Assembly (NCBI GenBank): GCA_964016885.1
Contig: OZ024759.1
Coordinates: forward strand, 7,564,001-7,628,000
DNA: 64,000 nucleotides
From: Eledone cirrhosa
Lineage: Eukaryota
Direction of reading: 5' to 3'
Each line of letters begins with the position of its first letter. The first letter of the stretch is position 1. The notes below the pieces were generated by a model. It searched no databases, had not been told where the DNA came from, and was given only the letters and a program-made list of their open reading frames with translations. Positions 17,401 through 30,043 of this stretch are shown here, piece after piece. Position numbers and translations under genes: made by a program.

Positions 17401-19218
17401 TAGAGAGACTGGAATATATGTGTGTGTATATATATAGAGAGACTGGAATATATGTGTGTGTGTATATATATATAGAGACTGGAATATATGTGTGTGTGTA
17501 TATATATAGAGAGACTGGAATATATGTGTGTATATATAGAGAGACAGGAATATATGTGTGTGTGTATATATAGAGACTGGAATATATGTGTGTGTATATA
17601 TATATATAGAGACTGGAATATATGTGTGTGTATATATATATATAGAGACTGGAATATATGTGTGTGTATATATATAGAGAGACTGGAATATATGTGTGTG
17701 TATATATATATAGAGAGACTGGAATATATGTGTGTATATATAGAGAGAGACTGGAATATATGTGTGTGTGTATATATATAGAGACTGGAATATATGTGTG
17801 TGTATATATATAGAGAGACTGGAATATATGTGTGTGTGTATATATAGAGAGACTGGAATATATGTGTGTGTATATATAGAGAGAGAGACTGGAATATATG
17901 TGTGTGTATATATATAGAGAGACTGGAATATATGTGTGTGTGTATATATATAGAGAGACTGGAATATATGTGTGTGTGTATATATATATAGAGACTGGAA
18001 TATATGTGTGTGTGTATATATATATAGAGAGACTGGAATATATGTGTGTGTATATATAGAGAGAGACTGGAATATATGTGTGTGTATATATATATAGAGA
18101 CTGGAATATATGTGTGTGTGTATATATATATAGAGAGACTGGAATATATGTGTGTGTATATATAGAGAGAGACTGGAATATATGTGTGTGTATATATATA
18201 GAGAGACTGGAATATATGTGTGTGTATATATATAGAGACTGGAATATATGTGTGTGTATATATATAGAGAGACTGGAATATATGTGTGTGTGTATATATA
18301 TAGAGAGACTGGAATATATGTGTGTGTATATATATATAGAGACTGGAATATATGTGTGTGTGTGTATATATATAGAGACTGGAATATATGTGTGTATATA
18401 TATATAGAGAGAGACTGGAATATATGTGTGTGTATATATATAGAGAGAGACTGGAATATATGTGTGTGTATATATAGAGAGAGACAGGAATATATGTGTG
18501 TGTGTATATATATATAGAGAGACAGGAATATATGTGTGTGTGTATATATATATAGAGAGACAGGAATATATGTGTGTGTGTATATATATATAGAGAGACT
18601 GGAATATATGTGTGTGTATATATATAGAGAGACAGGAATATATGTGTGTGTATATATATATATAGAGACTGGAATATATGTGTGTGTATATATATAGAGA
18701 GACTGGAATATATGTGTGTGTGTATATATATATATATAGAGAGACTGGAATATATATGTATATATATATATAGAGAGAGAGAGACTGGAATATGTGTGTG
18801 TATATATATATACATAGAGAGAGAGACAGGAATATATGTGTGTGTGTATATATATAGAGAGAGACTGGAATATATGTCTGTGTGTATATAAATATAGAGA
18901 GAGAGAGGAATATGTGTGTGTATATATATATATATATATAGAGAGAGAGACTGGAATATATGTGTGTGTGTATATATACATAGAGAGAGAGACTGGAATA
19001 TATGTGTATATATATATATATAGAGAGAGAGACTGGAATATATGTGTGTATATATATATACATAGAGAGAGAGAGACAGGAATATATGTGTGTGTGTATA
19101 TATACATAGAGAGAGAGAGTGAGAGTGGAATATATGTGTGTATATATATATATATAGAGAGAGAGACTGGATTATATGTGTGTGTATATATATATATATA
19201 GAGAGAGAGAGACTGGAA

Positions 19219-19248
<30 letters not shown>
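13440..19248. repeat. Compound satellite (GA)n-CTGGAA-(TA)n-(TG)n-(TA)n, ~35-40 bp unit
   Basis: Fixed CTGGAA/CAGGAA core between variable dinucleotide runs, well over 100 units. Confidence 0.96.
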
Positions 19249-19249
<1 letters not shown>

Positions 19250-19677
19250 TTTTTCCGTTTATCGTTTTCGGTGCGCTCGGCCGATTAACCCACTAGATAT
19301 GCAAATTAGGCTGCTCAACTGTTAATATGCATAAGGTAAGTGTACACGTTCAACAATCTGGCAGGAAGGTATACGTTGCTGACGACAGCTAACAAGCTTG
19401 AAACTAGTACAGCGTTCTTTGTCAGTGTTGAACAAACGAGCAACGATGGTTGCTAGACACTACAGCTTAATACGGGATGTTTGTTTACAAACACACCGAG
19501 CATTATAATAAATGTTCGGTGAATCCATTCGTACATATATATATGTGTGCATGTATATATATATATATATACATACTACTGTACGTCTGTATACATATAT
19601 GTATGTACGTATACATACTTATATTTAAGTAACAGCCGTACTAAGAGTGGGAAATGAAATTTCGTTTCATTTTTTCC

Positions 19678-19678
<1 letters not shown>
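19249..19678 (+). mobile_element. ~430-bp non-coding hammerhead-bearing element (Penelope pLTR or retrozyme-like)
   Basis: Island in (TA)n, bounded by the direct repeat TTTTTTCCGT. Contains a hammerhead. A homologue lies at 29031-29325. Confidence 0.6.
19373..19415 (+). ncRNA. Minimal type I hammerhead ribozyme
   Basis: ACGTTG-CTGACGA-C-AGCT-AACA-AGCT-T-GAA-ACTAGT-A-CAGCGT: stem I, core, stem II, palindromic stem III, GUA cleavage triplet. Confidence 0.78.
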
Positions 19679-19735
<57 letters not shown>

Positions 19736-19742
19736 GAATATA

Positions 19743-19830
<88 letters not shown>

Positions 19831-19855
19831 CTGGAATATATGTGTGTGTGTGTGT

Positions 19856-20941
19856 CATCATCATCATCATCATCGTTTAACGTCCATCTTCCACGCTAAC
19901 ATGGGTTTGGACGGGAGTTTTCCCACTTGAGGCAAGAGTGGTTGTCTTGCTCGTATAGGACTGTCTGGCGGGTTTTCTACGGCTGGATGCCCTTCCTAAC
20001 ACCAACCACATTTACAGTGTGGGTCTGGGAGGTTTTTACCGTGTTGCCTACACGGCCACATTACAGCGTGGACTGTGTGGTTTTTTTGTCGTGACACCTA
20101 CACAACCTCATTTGTTTTGGACTGGATGTTGTGGCACCAACATAACTTTACATTTAAGGGGGTGGTGTGGATGGGGTGGAGGTAGTGGGACGGGGGTGTA
20201 TTTTGTTAGAGGTGCCTACTGACTGTAGTAGGTTTCACTTTGTACTTAGGTAAGGCAGGTCTTCTCTATTACTGAGTACTGCCAAAGGTCTCGGTCCAGT
20301 GACATTGTCTTGGAGAGGTGTAAGTGTGTGAGGTCGGAATTTATCAAGTCGTCCCAGGTTTTTCTGGGTCTGCCTACTCCGTGGCTACCGTCTATCTTTA
20401 TTGCCCTGCACTTTTTTATTCAGCTGTCGTCTTTCATGCGCATCACGTGACCATACCAACATAGCCTTCTCTTGAATAAACAACATCTGATCCCTCTTAT
20501 TTCTAATTTCTCACTTAGTTCATTTATGCTTTGCCGTTCACGTATATTACTATTACACATCCAGCAGAGCATGCAAGCTTCGTTCCTCTCCAGTCTGCGT
20601 ATATCCTCTGCACACAATGCCCAGGTCTCACTGCCATGTAACATTGTTGTTCGTATGCAGGCATCATACAGCCTGCCTTTCATTTTTAGGGAGAACCCTT
20701 TAGCGGCCAATAGTGGTATAAGCTATCTGAACTTTTTCCATCCCGTTCTGACTCTAGCTACTGTACTGTCAGAGCACCCTCCCCCACTGCTGATTTTGTC
20801 ACCCAGGTAACGGAAGCTGTCCACTATTTCTATAGAACCATCTGTGCAATGGAATGAGCTAGTATTCAGTGGGCACTTGCTGCTATTTATTGCACCAGAG
20901 CACCGGCCACATGTAAAATCTATATTCTTAGTTAGCTTACC

Positions 20942-20945
<4 letters not shown>
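19856..20945 (-). mobile_element. 5'-truncated RTE family A copy
   Basis: (CAT)n tail, 3'UTR, and ORF remnants 20420-20710 and 20723-20945 with stops. Confidence 0.92.
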
Positions 20946-20993
<48 letters not shown>

Positions 20994-21245
20994 AAGACTG
21001 GAATATATATGTGTGTATATATATAGAGACTGGAATATATGTGTGTGTATATATATATATATAGAGAGAGAGAGACTGGAATATATGTGTGTGTATATAT
21101 ATATATAGAGAGAGAGATTGGAATATATGTGCGTGTGTATATATATAGAGAGACTGGAATATATGTGTGTGTGTATATATATATAGAGAGACTGGAATAT
21201 ATGTGTGTGTGTGTATATATATATATAGAGAGAGAGAGGAATATA

Positions 21246-21292
<47 letters not shown>

Positions 21293-21309
21293 TGGAATAT
21301 GTGTGTGTG
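20946..21309. repeat. CTGGAA compound satellite
   Basis: Same unit as 13440-19248. Confidence 0.93.
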
Positions 21310-22609
21310 TCATCATCATCATCATCATCGTTTAACGTCCATCTTCCACGCTAGCATGGGTTTGGACGAGAGTTTTCCCACTTGAGGCAAGAGTGGTTGT
21401 CCTGCTCGCATAGAACTGTCTGGCGGGTTTTCTACAACTGGATGCCCTTCCTAACACCAACCACATTTACAGTGTGGGGCTGGGAGGTTTTTACCGTGTT
21501 ACCTACACGGCCACATTACAGCGTGGACTGTCTGGCGGGTTTTCTACAACTAGATGCCCTTCCTAACACCAACCACATTTACAGTGTGGGGCTGGGAGGT
21601 TTTTACCGTGTTACCTACACAGCCACATTACAGCGTGGACTGTCTGGCGGGTTTTCTACAGCTGGATGCCCTTCCTAACACCAACCACATTTACAGTGTG
21701 GGGCTGGGAGGTTTTTACCGTGTTGCCTACACGGCCACATTACAGCGTGGACTGTGTGGTTTTTTTGTCGTGACACCTACACGACCTCATTTGTTTAGGA
21801 CTGGATGTTGTTGTACCAACATAACTTTACATTGAAAGGGGGGGGGGGGTAGTGGGACGGGGGGGTATTTTTGTTAGAGGTGTCTACTGACTGTAGTAGG
21901 TTTCACTTTGTACTTAGGTAAGGCGGGTCTTCTGTATTACTGCGTAGCGCCAAAGATCTCGGTCCAGTGACATTCTCTTGGAGAGGTGTAAGTGTGTGAG
22001 GTCGGAATTTATCAAGTCGTCCCAGGTTTTTCTAGGTCTGCCTACTCCGTGGCTACTTTCCATTTTTATTGCCCTTCACTTTTTTATACAGCTGTCATCT
22101 TTCATGCGCATCACGTGACCATACCAACGTAGTCTTCTCTCGAGTAAATAACATTTGATTCCTCTTATTCCTAATTTTTCCCTTAGTTCATTTATGCTTT
22201 GCCGTTCACGTATATTACTATTACACATCCAGCAGAGCATGCAAGCTTCGTTTCTCTCCAGTCTGCATATATCCTCTGCACACAATGCCCAGGTCTCACT
22301 GCCATGTAACATCGCTGTTCGTATGCAGGCATCATACAGCCTGCCTTTCATTTTTAGAGAGAACCCTTTAGCGGCCAATAGTGGTATAAGCTCTCTGAAC
22401 TTTTTCCATCCCGTTCTGACTCTAGCTACAGTACTTTCAGAGCACCCTCCCCCACTGCTGATTTTGTCACCTAGGTAACGGAAGCTGTCCACTATTTCTA
22501 TAGAACCATCTGTGCAATGGAATGAGCTAGTATTCTGTAGGCACTTGCTGCTACTTATTGCACCAGAGCACCAGCCACATGTAAAATCTATATTCTTAGT
22601 TAGCTTACC

Positions 22610-22612
<3 letters not shown>
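21310..22612 (-). mobile_element. 5'-truncated RTE family A copy with a 112-bp 3'UTR triplication
   Basis: ORF 22076-22612 encodes the RT C-terminus. Repeat units start at 21415, 21527 and 21639. Confidence 0.92.
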
Positions 22613-22657
<45 letters not shown>

Positions 22658-23107
22658 AAGACTGGAATATATATGTGTGTGTATATATAGAGACTGGAAT
22701 ATATGTGTGTATATATATATATATAGAGAGAGAGACTGGAATATATGTGCGTGTGTATATATATATATAGAGAGAGAGACAGGAATATATGTGTGTGTAT
22801 ATATATATATAGAGAGAGACAGAGGAATATATGTGTGTGTGTATATATATATATAGAGAGAGAGGAATATATATGTGTGTGTGTATATATATATAGAGAG
22901 AGAGAGAGACTGGAATATATGTGTGTGTGTATATATATATATAGAGAGAGAGAGACAGGAATATATGTGTGTGTATATATATATATAGAGAGAGAGGAAT
23001 ATATGTGTGTATATATATATAGAGAGAGAGAGAGACTGGAATATATGTGTGTGTATATATATATATAGAGAGAGAGAGGAATATATGTGTATATATATAT
23101 ATATATA
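22613..23107. repeat. CTGGAA compound satellite
   Basis: Direct reading. Confidence 0.93.
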
Positions 23108-23604
23108 GGTGGTTGCGCTGGTATGGACATGTGATGCGTATGAATGATGACAGCTGCATAAAAAGGTGCAGAGCACTAGAAGTTGATAGAAACCGCGGAG
23201 TGGGGAGACCCAAGATGACCTGGGATGAGGTGATAAAAGCTGACCTTACACAATTACACCTCTCAAAGGCAATGACACACGACCGTGACTTCTGGCGTCA
23301 CGCAGTAATACAGAGTACCCGACCTCCCATGGGTACAAGCTGAAGCATATAGACAATATGCCCCCACACCCCCCACCGCAAAGTGGACGTGGAGGTGCCA
23401 CGGCAAAAAAGCACCCAGCACTCACTGTAAATGAGGTTGGTATTAGGAAGGGCATCCAGCTGTAGAAATCAAGCCAAATCAGTTCCTGTATGAGCAAGGC
23501 ATGGTCAGCCGACCAGACACTGCCCACAACAGGACAACCCGTCTAACCAATGCTAGCATGGAAGAATGGATATAAAACAGTGATGATGATGATGATGATG
23601 ATGA
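23108..23604 (+). mobile_element. 3' fragment of RTE family B
   Basis: [19 protein letters not shown]...GRPKMTWDEVIKADL, then 3'UTR and (GAT)n tail. Matches 25880-26520 inverted. Confidence 0.9.
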
Positions 23605-24442
23605 TATATATAGAGAGAGAGAGACAGGAATATATGTGTGTGTGTATATATATATATAGAGAGAGAGAGACAGGAATATATATATATATGACTGGAATAT
23701 ATGTGTGTGTATATAGAGAGACTGGAATATATGTGTGTGTATATATATATATATATAGAGAGAGAGACAGGAATATATGTGTGTATATATATATATATAT
23801 AGAGAGAGAGAGACAGGAATATATGTGTGTGTGTATATATATATATATAGAGAGAGAGAGACAGGAATATATATATATATGACTGGAATATATGTGTGTA
23901 TATATAGAGAGACTGGAATATATGTGTGTATATATATATAGAGAGAGAGAGACAGGAATATATGTGTGTGTATATATATATAGAGAGAGACTGGAATATA
24001 TGTGTGTGTGTATATATATATAGAGAGAGAGAGGAATATGTGTGTGTATATATATATAGAGAGAGAGAGGAATATGTGTGTGTGTATATATATATATAGA
24101 GAGAGAGACTGGAATATATGTGTGTATATATATATATATAGAGAGAGAGAGAGAATGGAATACGTGTGTGTGTATATATATATATAGAGAGAGAGAGGAA
24201 TATATGTGTGTGTGTATATATATAGAGACTGGAATATATGTGTGTGTGTATATATATAGAGACTGGAATATATGTGTGTGTGTATATATATAGAGAGAGA
24301 AAGAGACAGGAATATATGTGTGTATATATATATACAGAGACTGGAATATATGTGTGTGTATATATATATATATATAGAGAGAGAGAGACTGGAATAAATG
24401 TGTGTATATATATATATATAGAGAGAGAGAGAGACAGGAATA

Positions 24443-24489
<47 letters not shown>

Positions 24490-24556
24490 TGAGAGACTGG
24501 AATATGTGTGTGTATATATATATATATATAGAGTGAGAGACTGGAATATATGTGTG

Positions 24557-24587
<31 letters not shown>

Positions 24588-24640
24588 GAATATGTGTGTG
24601 TATATATATATATAGAGAGAGAGACTGGAATATATGTGTG

Positions 24641-24671
<31 letters not shown>

Positions 24672-24806
24672 GAATATGTGTGTGTATATATATATAGAGA
24701 GAGAGAGACTGGAATATATGTGTGTATATATATATATATATATAGAGTGAGAGACTGGAATATATGTGTATATATATATAGAGTGAGAGACTGGAATATG
24801 TGTGTG

Positions 24807-24837
<31 letters not shown>

Positions 24838-25177
24838 GAATATGTGTGTGTGTGTATATATATAGAGAGAGACTGGAATATATGTGTTTGTGTATATATA
24901 TATAGAGAGAGAGAGGAATATGTGTGTGTGTGTATATATTTAGAGAGAGAAAGAGACAGGAATATGTGTGTGTGTGTATATATATATACAGAGACTGGAA
25001 TATAAGTGTGTGTGTATATATATATATAGAGAGAGAGACAGGAATATGTGTGTGTATATATATATAGAGAGAGAGAGACTGGAATATGTGTGTGTATGTA
25101 TATATATAGAGAGAGAGACTGGAATATGTGTGTGTATACATATATATATAGAGAGAGAGGAATATGTGTGTGTATAC
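23605..25177. repeat. CTGGAA/CAGGAA compound satellite
   Basis: Direct reading. Confidence 0.94.
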
Positions 25178-25418
25178 ACACAGTCCACGCTGTAATGTGG
25201 TCGTCTAGGTAACACGGTAAAAAGCTCCCAGTCCACACTGTAAATGTGGTTGGTGTTAGGAAGGACCCCCAGCCGTAGAAAACCTGCCGGGGACAGTCCT
25301 ATACGAGTGAGACACGGTCACCCGACCAACCTTGCCACAAGTGGGACAACTCCCGTCTAACCCATGCTAGCGTGGGAGATGGACGTTAAATGATGATTAT
25401 GATGATGATGATGATGAT
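25178..25418 (+). mobile_element. RTE family A 3'UTR-only fragment with (GAT)n tail
   Basis: Matches 1465-1685. Confidence 0.85.
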
Positions 25419-25734
25419 AGAGAGAGAGACACTGAAATATGTCTGTTTGTAAATATATAGAGAGAGGGGGACTGGAATATATGTGTGTATATATATATAT
25501 ATATATAGAGACTGGAATATATGTGTGTATATATATATATATATGTTGGAGGTGAGTTTTATTGTAGTACAATAAAGCAATGCAGATATCGGATAAGTAG
25601 CACTCTACAGTTTGTAGGACTGGAGTATAAATAATATATATAAGATCAATACATCAATCTAAAACTACTCTTCATATGTTGATTTAAAACTGCACTATTC
25701 ACAAGTGTTTTTTAACCTTCATATCATGTCTCCC

Positions 25735-25805
25735 TATTTTATCTGACGAAAACGCAAATGTCATCGCATGATGATATTTGTTTTTGAAATGCGCATAATA
25801 AAATA
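25735..25805 (+). ncRNA. Type I hammerhead ribozyme with long stem II
   Basis: TATTTTAT-CTGACGA-[16-bp stem II, 15 of 16 paired, loop GCAT]-GAA-ATGCGCAT-A-ATAAAATA. Perfect 8-bp stem I, AUA triplet. Confidence 0.82.
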
Positions 25806-25879
25806 CATGGAACTCTTTTAACCATCTTTTGATCTTATATATTATATATATATATATATATAGAATGGAATATATGTTA

Positions 25880-28800
25880 CATCATCATCATCATCATCAT
25901 CATGACCGTTTTACGTCCGTTCTTCCATGCTAGCATGGGTTAGACAGGGTGTCCTGTTGTGGGCAATGTCAGGTCAGCTGACCCTGTCTTGCTCATACAG
26001 GAACTGATTCTGGCTTGATTTCTACAGCTGGATGCCCTTCCTAACACCAAGCTCATTTACTGGGTGCTTTTCTTCCGTGGCGCCTACATGTCCACTTTAC
26101 AGTGTGGGCTGGGTGCTTTTTTGCTATGGCACCTCCACAAACACTACAGTGAATGCTGGCTGCTTTTTTACTGTGGCGCCTACACAACCACTTTACAGTG
26201 TGGGCTGGGTGTTTTTTTGCCGTGGCACCTCCACGACCACTTTGCAGTGGCAGGGTGTGGGGGCATATTGTCTATATACTTCAGATTCGGCTTGTACCCG
26301 TGGGGAGTCGGGTCTTCTGTATTGCTGCATGACGCCAGAGGTCACGGTCGTGTGTCATCGCCTTTGAGAGGTGTAATTGGGTAAGGTCGGCTTTTATCAC
26401 CTCGTCCCAGGTCTTCTTGGGTCTCCCCACTCCGCGGCTTCCATTGACTTCTACTGCTCTGCACCTTTTTATGCAGCTGTCATCCTTCATACGTATCGCA
26501 TCTCCATACCAGCGCAACCGCCTCTCCTGCACACAGCATTTGATTCCTCTTATGCTTAGTCTCTCTCTCAATTCGTTTAAGCTTTGTCGTTCGCGTATAT
26601 TACTATTACACATCCATCGGAGCATGCAGGCTTTGTTTCTTTCTAATCTACATAAGTCTTCCACAGACAGAGCCCAGGTGTCACTACCATGTAACATTGC
26701 TGTTCGTATACACGCATCATACAGTCTGCCTTTCTTTTTGAGAAAAAAGCCTTTTGCAGCTAGCAGTGGTAGCAGCTCCCTGAACTTCTTCCATCCCGTT
26801 CTTGCCCTAGTTATTGTACTTTCTGAACACCCACCTCCGCTGCTAATTCGGTCACCTAGGTAGCAGAAGCTGTCTACTGTTTCTACAGAGCCCTCCCAGA
26901 GATTGGTGGTACTTGTTTCCTGTGGCTGTTTGCTGCTACATGTGAAGCCTACATTCTTAATTAAGCTTCCTGAGATCCCGCTACATCTCTTGTGTACCCA
27001 TTGTTTGCATTTGGGGCAGAGAATAGAGTTCCTATTTACACCTTTCCTACATACTGAGCAAGGCCATTTCCCTGAGGGGATCTGGGTTCTGTTTTCTCGT
27101 CTACTTACAAGGACCTTAGTCTTTGTCAGGTTGACTTTGAGACCCTTTCTTTCTAGTCCCTGCTTCCAAGTTTGGAATTTCTTCTCTAGTTCTACCATAG
27201 ATTCAGCTATAAGTGGAAGGTCATCTGGAGTTCCCATGGGCATCCGGCCTTAAACTCCTCCGTTATTGCCTGCAGGACTATGATGAACAGGAGAGGGCTA
27301 AGAACAGAGCCCTGGTGGACACCGACCTTTACGCTAAATTCCTCGCTATACTCATTGCTAATCCTAACTTTGCTGACTGCTCCCCTATACATGGCGTATA
27401 TAGCTTTCACAAGCCATTCATCTACTCCTAGTTTTCTAAGAGCCCACCAGATTATAGCACAGGGAACTCTGTCAAAGGCTTTCTCGAGATCGACGAATGC
27501 CAGGTAGAGTGGCTTACTTTTAGCTAGGTACTTTTCCTGTAACTGCCTCACAAGGAAGAGGGCATCAGTGGTGCTTTTTCCTGGCACAAACCCAAATTGC
27601 ATTTCATTTAGTTTCACCTGGTCCCTAATCAATTGTGCTATAACTCTTTCTGTTACTTTCATGACCAAGAGTCTACTTGGGGTAGGGTCTCTTCTTCCCA
27701 TGCATTCTCCTCATTTAGTAATCAATCATAATGGCTCTTCCACGCATCTTTCTTCTCAGCACTTGTGAGGGCAAGCTCACCTTTATCATTCCGGATACAC
27801 TTCTCTCCAATGACATCACAATTCTCTCTGACACACTGCCTCGCAATCTTGAAAACCTCCTGTTTCTGGTCCTCACGTTGCAAAACATGCTTGATTTTTC
27901 TATCCTCTGCTTCCCTCCTAGCTAAGTATACTTGTCGCCTAGCTTCCCTCCTGGTCTCTATGTAATGTACCCTGCTTCCCCCGTTCTTCCATTCTCTCCA
28001 TGCCCGTCTCTTGGCCTAAACTGCCTCATCTACCTTATTGTTCCACAACAAAGTCACTCTCCTCCTGCCTGTGGTCTTACGCCAGCCATAGATCTCATAC
28101 ATCGCCTCTAGTAAGTTATTTTTTAGGAACTCCCAGTGCTCTTCTACATTGAATGTCTCTATCTGTTCTTCTTTACTGTCATAGGCATTGAGTAAAATAT
28201 CTTTAAATCTGTTACTGGATGAGGGGTCTTTCAGTTTCTAGATCTTTCTTCTCCAGGTTGGCTTCTGTTTCCAGGTTCATCTAGTTCTGATTGTGAGGTC
28301 GCTGACAACTAAGCTATGTTGGGAGGTACATTCCTAACTAGGGAAGGCTTTTGTGTTTACGACCGTCCATCTGTCACGTCCTCTGATGAGGATAAAATCT
28401 ATCTGAATAGAATGCTCCCCTGATCTATAGGTGATCAGGTGGTTGTCGGGTTTTTTGAAGTTTGTGTTGCATATCGACATGTCATTGGCGTCGCAGAATT
28501 CTAGGAGCCTGAAGCCTTCTTCATTTCTTGTGCCAACCCCATGGCCTCCATGGACTATATAGAAGCCGTCACAGTGTTTACCTACATGTCCGTTAAAATC
28601 TCCTGCGATGATTAAGAAGTCATTGTCGTTTGTTAGAGCAGTAGTGTACATTAGGGACTTGTAAAACCTATCCTTAAGTTCGTCTGGCAACCCAGATTGG
28701 GGTGCGTAAGCTAATATTATTGTGCCATGCTTTGCAGCATAGTTACGTCCCTTTACGGTCTGAGTTCAAATCCTGCCGAGGTTGACTTTGCCTTTCATCC

Positions 28801-29030
28801 TTACGGGGTCGATAAAATAAAGTACCAGTAATGCACTGGGTAATTGCTGGCCTTGTGCCTAAAAGTAGAAACAATTATTGTGGTAATTGTTTTATTCAGG
28901 ACTAGTCTGAGTTTAATGATTCTTGCATTCACCCTGTTCACTGAGATTACTTTATCTACCCACTTGTCAGCTAGTAGGATATCTACACCACCCATCCCAT
29001 CCTCATTTCCCACCCAGGAAAATTTGTTTT
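25880..29030 (-). mobile_element. Decayed RTE family B LINE (APE + RT + PHD-like insert), internally deleted
   Basis: APE motifs (GDFNGHVG, QIDFIL), RT motifs (AFVDLEKAFDRV, GVHQGSVLSPLLF), ORF 26281-27243. Frameshifts and a small deletion at LYADD. Confidence 0.92.
28725..28873 (+). mobile_element. 5'-truncated Nin/Deu-domain-type SINE inserted into the RTE APE region
   Basis: B-box GAGTTCAAATCC and GCCTTTCATCC..GGGGTCGATAAAAT..GTACCAG domain. Target-site duplication ATTATTGTG at 28716-28724 and 28874-28882. Confidence 0.85.
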
Positions 29031-29325
29031 CCAAACATTTATTATAATGTTCGGTTTGTTTGTAAACAAACAGCCCGAATTACGCCGTACAGTGTTCGGC
29101 AACCATCGTTGCCCTTTTGTTCAACACTGACACAGGAACAATGAACTAGTTTCAAGCTTATTAGCTATTGTCAGCATTGTATACCTTACAAACAAACTGA
29201 ACATTATAATAAATGTTCGGTAAACCCATACATACATGTATATATATATGTGTGCATGTATGCACATACTACTGTACATACTACTGTACATCTGTATACA
29301 TATATGTATGTATATATACATATAC
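29031..29325. mobile_element. Rearranged (inverted + direct) copy of the 19.3-kb hammerhead element
   Basis: 29031-29187 matches ~19367-19520 inverted. 29186-29325 matches ~19485-19618 in direct orientation. Confidence 0.72.
29138..29180 (-). ncRNA. Hammerhead ribozyme copy, probably inactive (core CUGACAA)
   Basis: Minus strand reads ACAATG-CTGACAA-T-AGCT-AATA-AGCT-T-GAA-ACTAGT-T-CATTGT. Confidence 0.68.
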
Positions 29326-29672
29326 GAGAATGCTGAGGATGGCTCTGAACATTAATCAGTATACACTGAGGATGAAAAACTCAGAGCTGTATGGGAGCAT
29401 CCCAAGAGTCAGCTCAAAAGTGACACAGAGGAGACTGAGGTTGGCTGGACATGCTCACCGACATCCAGAGTTGACATTGCGCTCAGTGCTTCTTTGGGAG
29501 CCCCTACATGGACACACTAGAAGAGGAAGACCAAGGTTAACGTATGTTGATGCCCTAAGGACAGACACTGGTCTATTGGAGATGCAGGACATGGCAGTGA
29601 TACTGAGGGACAGAGACCGCTGGAGAGAACTCGTCCATGGATCTCGGGAATTTTACCCGCCTTAGAATAGAA
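29323..29672 (+). mobile_element. 3' fragment of a third RTE-like LINE family (C)
   Basis: TRMLRMALN...RRLRLAGHAHRHPE...LWEP...RGRPRLTYVD...RDRWR, a typical RTE C-terminus. Confidence 0.82.
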
Positions 29673-29801
29673 TATATATATATATATATATATATGGCTT
29701 CTACATGACTAGAATTGTTTAAACATGATGTTCACACTACTAATGTATTGAGTACCTTACTCACTATGGTTACCTGCAATTGAACCTGACATACACACTC
29801 T

Positions 29802-29835
<34 letters not shown>

Positions 29836-30024
29836 ATTGTTTCTACTTTTGGTACAAGGCCAGCAATTACCCAGTACATTACCGGTACTTTATTTTATCG
29901 ACTTCGTAAGGATGAAAGGCAAAGTTAACCTCGGCGGGATTTGAACTCAGAATGGCAAGGGCCGTAACTCTATGCGTCAAAGCATGGCGTCCGACCCTCT
30001 ACCGATACTGCCAATCCACCGTCC
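29836..30024 (-). mobile_element. Nin/Deu-type SINE
   Basis: Reverse complement of 49865-50052. Confidence 0.85.
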
Positions 30025-30043
30025 TACATATATATATTAATAG

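Noticed and set aside
13374-19107. 1800-1900 aa ORFs in all three minus frames
   Set aside because: Stop-free by-product of the dinucleotide satellite; no protein-like complexity.
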